Positions 53,337 to 64,000 of a stretch of 64,000 nucleotides of DNA are shown here, piece after piece (the stretch's first letter is position 1; each line of letters starts with the position of its first letter). The notes under the pieces are model-generated. The model had not been told where the DNA came from. It was given only the letters and a program-made list of their open reading frames with translations, and ran no database searches. The DNA comes from Octopus bimaculoides (lineage: Eukaryota). The DNA lies in assembly GCF_001194135.2 (NCBI RefSeq), contig NC_068986.1, forward strand, positions 111,672,796 through 111,736,795, written 5' to 3'. The position numbers and the translations under genes are program-made.

Positions 53337-54568
53337 ACATGACTACCTGAGTGAACACATGCATATACGGAAAAATTGACAAATCGAATGTGATTTCTAG
53401 TTTGCCTGTCACACATCTCTATCACCGACCGTTTTCAAATATAGTGTGTACTTGTCTTGCCAAAGATCAGTCATCCTAGATTATTTTAGCGTTCTTCTAA
53501 CAAATTCCTTGAACAATGCTTTGATCACTCCGAGGCTATTTCAGAAAAGAATAGACTCTGTTGCTTACTGGGGTGATCCTATACTCGTGGAAATAACTAA
53601 TAAACCGGACATAATAATATTTGCTGAGATTATTAAGGATTAATTTGAAAATATTGTGTGGAAAACATTGAAATTGATGAATGTATAGCTGACGATAGTA
53701 AACAACACTTCCATAGAAAATGCAAACGTACTGAATTTAAGCTAGTTTAGAAATTTATCGAAAGAAGCGTTCATACATACTCTATAGAATATTAATATAT
53801 GTAAATATTATATTTATAGAAGAGAAAAAAACTAATGATCATTAAATGCACCAGATATGAGGTAAATGTAAGAAATACGGCTATGTGGAAAGCTTGCAGA
53901 AAATTGAACATCTATATTCAATCACATGAAAAATGTATCGTAAAATAAAAAATAAAAAATAAAAACAACTAAAAACTTAAAAACAAAAGAAAAAAAAACA
54001 AAACAAAAAGAAATTTTCTGCCTTTTAATATGCTTAGACATATTAGATGTGAGAACATTTTAAACGCGCTGAGAAAGAATAACTGGGATTTTTCATACAA
54101 AGAGAACTTCTATTTATCACTTAAAAACTAATTCCATTTCACAGCTAACTGAAATAATAGCTGTAGGTAAATCTTGAATACGAAATGCCATCTTTCACAG
54201 AAGTCACATCTCTGTCAGTTCAGAATACAAAAGTCTTATTATATCGGCATTAGTGGATGGAAAGAAATAGTGGAATGAAAACAGCTTGTTGATATGAGGA
54301 TACGATTGAAGATAGAGACAACACAAGTCCTGAACTGCGTATTACGTTAGACAGCATCGCAGATTGTTGGCGCTCAACAGTAATCTATCAGACGTAGATT
54401 CAATATAGTGAAGGAATATAAATCAACCGATAAAACTGGATTGTTCTTGGGGAGAGTTTGTATATATATTATTTTTTATATATATATATTTATTTCCTTA
54501 CTCATTTATACGTGGTGCGTGAGAATGTCTGTCTAGATGCATATATATATACACGTACATGTGTATAC

Positions 54569-54629
<61 letters not shown>

Positions 54630-54783
54630 NNNNNNNNNNNNNNNNNNNNNNNNNNNNNNNNNNNNNNNNNNNNNNNNNNNNNNNNNNNNNNNNNNNNNNN
54701 NNNNNNNNNNNNNNNNNNNNNNNNNNNNNNNNNNNNNNNNNNNNNNNNNNNNNNNNNNNNATATATAGGTGCATGTATGTACT

Positions 54784-54825
<42 letters not shown>

Positions 54826-55157
54826 TATACATGCACATACGCACGCACACATATTTATACATGCAGACACATTAATAGTTGAAGATAATTCAAAGATATA
54901 TGGCGAGGTGAACGTCTTTCAGATTTCCTCTGCATTGCATTTGTTGGCCGTAATATTAGATATCAGGAAATATTGTCTTAAAGAAATATTTATAAGCATT
55001 CTTTGTCTATTCCTCAAATCGGTATATTCGGGTGTATCTATAATCGGCTGCTAAAGACCATTGCAACTCACATACTCATGAGCACACATATATCTGTATA
55101 TACACATATACTAACACATATATTTACATAAACCCATATGTGTATATGTATGTATGT

Positions 55158-55204
<47 letters not shown>

Positions 55205-56121
55205 NNNNNNNNNNNNNNNNNNNNNNNNNNNNNNNNNNNNNNNNNNNNNNNNNNNNNNNNNNNNNNNNNNNNNNNNNNNNNNNNNNNNNNNNNNNNNNNN
55301 NNNNNNNNNNNNNNNNNNNNNNNNNNNNNNNNNNNNNNNNNNNNNNNNNNNNNNNNNNNNNNNNNNNNNNNNNNNNNNNNNNNNNNNNNNNNNNNNNNNN
55401 NNNNNNNNNNNNNNNNNNNNNNNNNNNNNNNNNNNNNNNNNNNNNNNNNNNNNNNNNNNNNNNNNNNNNNNNNNNNNNNNNNNNNNNNNNNNNNNNNNNN
55501 NNNNNNNNNNNNNNNNNNNNNNNNNNNNNNNNNNNNNNNNNNNNNNNNNNNNNNNNNNNNNNNNNNNNNNNNNNNNNNNNNNNNNNNNNNNNNNNNNNNN
55601 NNNNNNNNNNNNNNNNNNNNNNNNNNNNNNNNNNNNNNNNNNNNNNNNNNNNNNNNNNNNNNNNNNNNNNNNNNNNNNNNNNNNNNNNNNNNNNNNNNNN
55701 NNNNNNNNNNNNNNNNNNNNNNNNNNNNNNNNNNNNNNNNNNNNNNNNNNNNNNNNNNNNNNNNNNNNNNNNNNNNNNNNNNNNNNNNNNNNNNNNNNNN
55801 NNNNNNNNNNNNNNNNNNNNNNNNNNNNNNNNNNNNNNNNNNNNNNNNNNNNNNNNNNNNNNNNNNNNNNNNNNNNNNNNNNNNNNNNNNNNNNNNNNNN
55901 NNNNNNNNNNNNNNNNNNNNNNNNNNNNNNNNNNNNNNNNNNNNNNNNNNNNNNNNNNNNNNNNNNNNNNNNNNNNNNNNNNNNNNNNNNNNNNNNNNNN
56001 NNNNNNNNNNNNNNNNNNNNNNNNNNNNNNNNNNNNNNNNNNNNNNNNNNNNNNNNNNNNNNNNNNNNNNNNNNNNNNNNNNNNNNNNNNNNNNNNNNNN
56101 NNNNNNNNNNNNNNNNNNNNN

Positions 56122-56187
<66 letters not shown>

Positions 56188-56933
56188 ACACACAGACACA
56201 CACACGCATACACACACGCACACACACACACACACACGCACACACAAACACATACACATAATGACAGCATTAGATGTGACATCATTTTGAAATATGTTTC
56301 GACCCCACGCTCTTTCTATTTAACTTTAATTTGATGATTTGGTTCGTTCCACTTTGAGCATCATATCCATGATTATGAAGATGGTATTGTTGCTATGATT
56401 GGAGTGGTCTACTAGCATTCCTTGGTTTTAAAGATGTGAATACCTGTCCTTCTGACAGGCCTTTGATCTACTCCTCAGAGACATCCCTTCCTGAGGGCAT
56501 CATCGTAAATAGTCTTCGCAACTATATTATTTATGCATGTATGAGTATGTATGCATATATATCTGCATGCTTGTAGACATGTGAGTATATTAGAACCAAA
56601 CGCGTGTATCTGATATTGCTGTATTTTCGCATTATATCCAGAGAGTAAGTTGATTACAAAGTGCGGAATGAACAGTGATTGTTTGGTTAACCTAAAAATG
56701 TCTGTCCTGAATGTATCTTATGATACACTTGACGGACTACACCGTAAAACAGTTGACGGGTTAACAGCTCTCATAGCTTTTCTCATATATAGGCCCCGGC
56801 CTGAGATGAATAGAATCATCACAATATGCATTCCACTCTGACCATCATGTTCATGTGTATGAAGATGGAATATATATATATAAAATGTCTTTCTACTTTA
56901 ATAGTGTAGGATATTCTTTGAAGAACATTTGTT

Positions 56934-58504
56934 TAGTTTTGTAGGATGTAGTCAGCCACAGTACGCCTCCTTTCTCTCATATCTATGCTCCTGTGTAACC
57001 ATGACAAAACACTGCAAGTGTCACAGCAAAATTAGCATATCCATGATGTTCGATTGAGAAAGAGGTTTATTCAGAGGAATGCTATGTGACTTTAGCTCAT
57101 TGATTCAAAGAACATATAGCAAAGAAGCAGAACGAAACAAAGCTAATGCAAACACATACAAAGGAATAAAGAATACGGACGTCCATAATTTGAATTCATT
57201 ATGGATCTTTATTTTTAAGATTATATGTTTCCGTTCTATCGAAGACTTAGATTGTTGTGGCCAACATCCAATCAAGTATGAGATTGGTTGATTTGGTCTC
57301 TATTTTGCAGGATTATGGTGAAATAATTTATAGTGTATGTGTGGGATGCTGGAAATAGTGGGAGGAAAATCAAATAGATATTGAATGCAGTTTCATTGGA
57401 AAGGCAAATATTAGAAAGCTCATGTGTGTGCACGTAAAACAAATATTTTCAAATGCAAAGCATGTATATCGCAGGTACGCTTCTGAATTGATGCTTGTTG
57501 TTTCTATTTATTCTAACCTATCCTATCTATTTATCACTCTATTTATCCTCCGTTTGACAGCAAGAATAACGAGCAGAAAAAAATAATAGAGTTAGAGAAA
57601 TACACGGAAAATGAATGCGAGAATAGCAAACACATATACAAATATAAACACACACACGCGTAAATACGGTCAAACACACACACAGACGCATATGCATATG
57701 TGTGTGTGTATGCATATGTACTCATGTACATGCATGTGATAAAGATGAACAACATTAAAATAAAATGTATAAAGAATTGAAATCCGCGCTTTGTCTTTGA
57801 GTTAAAGACGTGAAAATTATACGACAAGCGTAAGTTTTGTTGCGAAGATTATATATTTTATTCATGTCAGTATAACAATTACCACATGGGAAAAATACGA
57901 AGGGTGAGATATATATGGCGTGGTGTTGGAAACTAGGTGTTAGGGCAGGTCGATTGATACTGGATGATTTCCAATTCTTAAGCAAATAATAGAAAGCTAT
58001 AAATGAAAGGGTAGTTTGTATTTGGGGAGAAGACATGATTACAAGCCTAGAGAATAGCATACTAACACCGAGAATTTACACGGAGTGTACACAGACATGT
58101 ATGCCATTCAAACTTATTTGTTTATACAGGGACAAAGTTCACACGCACAGACAATTATTTGAATGTATAGATATATAAACCCACTCAGGCACAGTCACGA
58201 ATCTGTATGTAGGTACAGATGTATGTAAAATACATGTATTGCATATTTGTTCGTATGTATGTATCTATTTATCTGTCTAACATTCTATCCGTTTCTTTGT
58301 CTGTCTGCCTATCAATTTATGTATGTACATACGTATCATTCTCTCTCTCTCCCTTTTTTACTCTCTCTCTGTGTATATATGTGTGTGTGTGTATGTGTGC
58401 GTGATATTGTTTGCGGTATATTTGAGTAGTTTTGTAGGATGTAGTCGACCGCAGTGCGCCTCCTTTCTTTAATATCTAAGCTTCTGTGTAACCATGACAA
58501 AACA
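56934..58504 (+). repeat. Dispersed 78-bp direct repeat pair (56934-57011 and 58427-58504)
   Basis: Ungapped 70/78 identity, offset 1493 bp. Confidence 0.85.
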
Positions 58505-58518
58505 GAGGAATATATATA

Positions 58519-58596
<78 letters not shown>

Positions 58597-60834
58597 CATG
58601 CGTGTGTTTGTGTGTGGGTATGAACATACGTGGATGTGTGAATATGAATATATTTGTGTCTGTGACAATATATATGGATATATGCTTATGTACACAAACG
58701 CACACACATATGTATATATGAGTATACATAAATATACCGATGCATCTGTACATATGCGGCATCCCTTGTATCATTGCTTGTAGTGGAGATGCGTATTTCA
58801 GGCCGACACATAGGTAAGTGATTTCGAATCATGAACTCTCGAGCATTTTGTTCTTTTTTTTTTTTTTTCAAAACGTTATTAGGCAGTGGACTTTCGAAAA
58901 TCTAATTTGATACTTGTTTACTTTCGTGGAGTCGTTAAAGAACAATTCCATACGATTTAAATGATTGGCATGTGTACAGAGGCCACGAAATGATACAAGA
59001 ATACACACACTCACACCCACATACATACGTACAACTTCCATCAGTATGTTAATCCTTAAAAACATGCCTTACCTTTACAAACCAAAGTACAGAAATAGAT
59101 TATCTTACATTCCTTCGACGAGGACTTGAAATGTATGTCATTATTTCAAGATTCCTTGCCAATTGAGAAAGAACCGGTTACTAGCGTAGAACCAACGCTC
59201 CCTCATTGTAACTTCAAGAACATCAACAGGATATTTTTCTATGTGCGTATGTATGTATATAAGTATGTATGTATATGTGCAGATTTGTATATTTAATTCT
59301 ATATATTCTCATGCATGTATTCTCATGCGTACAACTGCATGTCTAGGCATTTTATAATATACTTAAAAGATAGAATTCTGGAAAGTTTTGCAGTTTTATA
59401 GTGTCAATTATTTCTTATTATATATAACACAAACTTGAAACGTACATAATGTCTGATTCTACGATGTCATTATTTGATTTCGCTTCATTATTACAACTAT
59501 ATATGTGTGTGGGTGTGTATGTGCGTAAATATAGATATGTATATATTCATGTGTATGTATTTGTATCTGTGTCTTCTTTGTCCTATACAAAAGGGACATT
59601 CCATTAAGTTGAACATCTATTACGATTCTGTTACTGAAAGGAATTATCGTTTGGTTCTATTTGTTCCGTTTCACTCTCGATATCGATTAGCGGACTAAAG
59701 AGAAAAGAACAAAACCACCGATAGAGTAATCTACTCATCCTTTATGTCATCGTTGATATTATTATTATTATCATTATTATTATTATTATTATTGATACTA
59801 CTATAGCCATTATAGCGTATAACATTAACACTTTCACTAAAGTAGTGTGGATTTTCCCGAAATAAAACTGGCAATGATGTTCGCTTATAATAAATGTTAT
59901 GCCTTGTACACATAAGTTCGGCCAAAATATGACGACTCGTAAAGCCGATGGGTAGGTAGTATTGAACCTGAAATCTAATAATTTATTTAATCACCTATGG
60001 TAGAGGCATGAGCGAGTGAGGAGGGGTTGGCGTGAAAGGAAAGTGAGGAAAGAGTCGAATTGTCAATTTGGATGTTGGTTTTGATCATAGAATGTGAGTT
60101 TGCAGCCGGTAGAAGCTATGACCTCTGCATGCAATATCGATTTGCTTCGTTTAGTATTCTAAAAGGCTTTCAAGATATATATATATATANNNNNNNNNNN
60201 NNNNNNNNNNNNNNNNNNNNNNNNNNNNNNNNNNNNNNNNNNNNNNNNNNNNNNNNNNNNNNNNNNNNNNNNNNNNNNNNNNNNNNNNNNNNNNNNNNNN
60301 NNNNNNNNNNNNNNNNNNNNNNNNNNNNNNNNNNNNNNNNNNNNNNNNNNNNNNNNNNNNNNNNNNNNNNNNNNNNNNNNNNNNNNNNNNNNNNNNNNNN
60401 NNNNNNNNNNNNNNNNNNNNNNNNNNNNNNNNNNNNNNNNNNNNNNNNNNNNNNNNNNNNNNNNNNNNNNNNNNNNNNNNNNNNNNNNNNNNNNNNNNNN
60501 NNNNNNNNNNNNNNNNNNNNNNNNNNNNNNNNNNNNNNNNNNNNNNNNNNNNNNNNNNNNNNNNNNNNNNNNNNNNNNNNNNNNNNNNNNNNNNNNNNNN
60601 NNNNNNNNNNNNNNNNNNNNNNNNNNNNNNNNNNNNNNNNNNNNNNNNNNNNNNNNNNNNNNNNNNNNNNNNNNNNNNNNNNNNNNNNNNNNNNNNNNNN
60701 NNNNNNNNNNNNNNNNNNNNNNNNNNNNNNNNNNNNNNNNNNNNNNNNNNNNNNNNNNNNNNNNNNNNNNNNNNNNNNNNNNNNNNNNNNNNNNNNNNNN
60801 NNNNNNNNNNNNNNTATATATATATATGAAAGAG

Positions 60835-61025
60835 AGAGAGAGAGAGAGGTAGGTAGGTAGGTAGACAGATAAATAGATTGATAGATAGTTAGATAGACTG
60901 ATAGATAAGGAGATCGATAGATGGACAGGTAGATCGATAGATAGACAGGCAGATAGATAGATAGATAGATAGATCGGTAGTTAGGTAGAAAGATAGATAA
61001 GTAGGTAGATAGATAGAATAGCTAG
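60835..61025. repeat. (GA)n, (AGGT)n and degenerate (GATA)n tract
   Basis: Seen directly; it abuts the 3' end of the LINE. Confidence 0.9.
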
Positions 61026-61026
61026 A

Positions 61027-62625
61027 TATGTTTGCTTATTGGCCACACAGGGCTGCACATAGGGAGGACAAAATACAAAGTAGAGCTTTTCTTCTCGGGA
61101 GGGAAAGAAAATAGAAGGTGGGGTAGAACTTCGATAAAAAGGGATCGTGATAAAAATAAAAACGATCAATAGAGATCATGTATCACAGGAGTGTCATAGT
61201 GTAAAATGGGGAAACAAATTAGGTTTATCCGTGGAAAGAAAAAAACTAAGGAGAAGACCACGGTAACCTCGGGTAATAATGTCATGCAAAAAACATTATA
61301 GTGACTCTCTTTTTTCCATTCCTTTTCTGGTTCATTGGACAATGCTCAAGGTGGCTCCGTCATTCACACGTGCCATCCTTGCTACATTCACCCATCGTTT
61401 TTGGAAACATTCACTAGACAAAACTTCCCTCTCTACTCTTACCTTCCTCTTCAGGTTATACTTGAAGAAGTTGATGAGAGATTCACCAGAGAGGAAAGTG
61501 TTTGTCTCTGGACCTTTCAGACACGTCCACTCTACACATTCTTTAGCCATAGCCACAAGTACGATGAAAATGTCTCTTCCCTCCCGTTTCAAGGAAGGAG
61601 GCGCGACAACATTTACGATAGACTCGGTTGATAAACTGACTCATCCCACAGGGGATAGCAGTCGTTCGACATAGGCCCACACGTCAGAAATGGTTGGATA
61701 CTGTACGAGTGCGTGCAGGACGGTTTCGTCGCTCTGACCGCATCTCGGGCAGGTCGGCTCCGTTTTTCTTGAGCCATGCCTGTAGAGCTTATCCCGAACG
61801 GGTAGCGCTTCTCGACAGAACTGTCAGGCCAGGGATCTCTGAAAGTTTTCCATAGGTGCGGCCCAAAAGTCATCTTGAACAGTCTGGCCAGGTATTCCTC
61901 GTCGACGCCCAGGTTCGCCCCGAGATCGTCGTCGTACCTCCCTCCACTAATCCCCTATAGAATGCGTTAGTTGTGATGCAGTCCTCAAGGTCGACCCGGA
62001 ACGGTATAATTGCTCGAGAGCAACGCGACACTCGCAGTGCCATTCGCCCTTCCACGGCCTCTTTGTGATCCACGACTGCAGTTCGGTCATGGAGACGAGC
62101 TGCGGGAAAGTGCGCCTCACAAACGGTGACCACACCTGTTCACCGTCGTATACGTAGAGCTGGAGATGTCGCAGTCTTAACGCGTGTCTGTGCATTATCA
62201 ACTACGGCATGCCCGTCCCTCTTTTTAACGGGTGTTGGCAGCAAACGGTTCACCTGACCATCAGAAAACATCCTTTTCCACAAGAAGCGGAAGAGGATGC
62301 TTCTAGTTTGGTGATAGTAGGATCGTGACAAAGCACGACGGTCAGGCGGTAGTAGATGACGTAAGCGATGTACGTTTTCGCCACCTCTACCCGACTGTTT
62401 AGGGACAGTTTCCTCCCGGCCCATTTCCGGGCGAGAGTGACCACCCTACTCGTTATCTCGTTCCAGTTCTTCACCGTTTATAGGTTCGGACCAAACCAGA
62501 CTCTGAGCAACTCGACGGGGGCGCTGGTGGACGGCATGGGCTTGCGTCTCCAGGTGCGAAGCCGCAAGCTTACTCACTTTTCCCGGTTGATTTTTCTCCT
62601 GTTACTGCTTCGTAGTCTTTCAGTG
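61027..62625 (-). mobile_element. 5'-truncated, frameshifted L1/Tx1-clade non-LTR retrotransposon (end of RT, C-terminal zinc knuckle, 3' UTR)
   Basis: LKDYEAVTG.(K)INREK.., WFGPNL*TVKNWNEITSRVVTLARKWAGRKLSLNSRVEVAKTYIAYVIYYRLTVV, MHRHALRLRHLQLY..GEQVWSPFVR, a zinc knuckle CPRCGQSDETVLHALVQYP, and a C-terminus LINFFKYNLKRKVRVEREVLSSECFQKRW ending at 61332. GC content is visibly higher than the flanks. Confidence 0.9.
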
Positions 62626-64000
62626 AAACAAATAATATATTACAGATATAAAAGTTATGTATATATACGTAGATATAAACGCATATAAAAGAGATTTATT
62701 GTGTACGATATACACAGTACTACATATATTCCTGCGTATATATGCATACATATATACATATACATATCTATGCATATATAGATATATTTCGTACACACAC
62801 ACCACACACACATACATACATATATTTGTACATCTCTATGTACACAGGGTGTGCGAAAAAAGGATAGAGAGGGGAAGTAAGTTAGTGATTATATTTCCTA
62901 CATTGTCGTGAACGAAGCTAATCACCAATACACACTGGCTTATTAACGATTTTCGAATATTTAATTCTTTACAATATTTCCCTTTTTTACTCTATATTTG
63001 CATTTTGTTTTTTAGTCATATATTTCTCTCTTATTTATTTATTTTTTTCATTTTGTTACCTTTAGAGAATCAACAATAAAATATTGGTTTATTCCTCAAG
63101 CATTTTTCGCCTCTTTATTTATTCATAAATTCATTCATGTGTTCTTCAGGGATTAGTTTTCAACGCACTGTGTTAGCTTTCTATAACATTATTGAATTCG
63201 GTAATTGTATGGCGCCACGTTTTGGGGAGAAACGCTTCGAAATCACAGCATTTCATTTCAGATAACGAAAATTGAATAGTAAACAGAAAATAACAAGAAA
63301 TAAAACATCGCAGGTGAAAAAATATATACAGAACTCGCTAATTTTCATGATATTTCGAAAAGTCTTGCTATATTTGCTTTCATTTATTACATTAGACACA
63401 TAGCTAAAATAAATCCTAAATCCACATGCAAACAATATCTATCATTGGCTTGGATATTTTCAAAGCAGGGTGTTTTTGTTTTTTTTTACATTTTCTATTC
63501 AATATCTACTATATTTTGTTTTGTTTTCAAAGCATTAATGTTGTTTTGTTTTACAGTCTTTCTGTGTTTTTTTTTATTATTATTTTTCGAGGCCGTATGA
63601 ATAGAGAAGGTCATTTGTTTTTCGCATGTGACATCGATCAATCTACCTGCTGATATATCTTGCGTAGAACTTTCAGCCGCAGCGTAACACTATCTCGAAT
63701 TTCGCTTCTCTAGCTCAGTGCATTCAGATTTTACTCCCACATAATTTCAATTAATAAACCTGTCTGTATGTCTCTCTGTTTGTCTGTCTGTCACTCTCTC
63801 TCTCTCTCTCTCTTCCCCCTCTCTCTCTCTATATATATATATATGTGTGTGTGTGTGTATGTATGCTTACATGTCTGTATGTACATACATGCGTAGTATG
63901 CCAGTGCTCATAAAAAATGCTGCTAAATGTATCATTGTGTATAGTAATATATAAGTAATTTACAAGAGAAAAGATATAAAGAGTGTTTGATGTCATAAAG

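Noticed and set aside
6109-60860. The longest ORFs (200-412 aa), filled with X
   Set aside because: They span N-gaps and are artefacts.

Overview
AT-rich eukaryotic non-coding DNA with very dense (TA)n/(CA)n/trinucleotide microsatellites. There are 12 N-gaps, each with a microsatellite on at least one side, which suggests a short-read assembly. The SINE families and composition suggest an octopus (coleoid cephalopod) genome; this is inference from recalled repeat families, not a database result. I found no intact protein-coding gene: the long ORF-track entries are microsatellite or gap artefacts, or fragments of mobile elements. Supported elements: (1) many tRNA-derived SINEs of two families; (2) a 392-bp hAT-type MITE with TIRs and an 8-bp TSD; (3) two mariner remnants and a possible hAT transposase remnant; (4) a 5'-truncated L1/Tx1-clade LINE at 61.0-62.6 kb; (5) a Penelope-like element (PLE) 3' fragment with a decayed GIY-YIG endonuclease at 44.2-44.8 kb; (6) two long foldbacks and several minisatellites. 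Two observations stand out. The first is a foldable type I hammerhead ribozyme at 44186-44265 (-) in the PLE 3' UTR next to a (TA)n tract, with weaker decayed hammerhead-like motifs in other microsatellite-bounded elements. The second is that the 3' terminus of the Tx1-type LINE matches the tail of one SINE subfamily at 36/44 positions, suggesting a SINE-LINE partnership in a family that uses three interchangeable tails.
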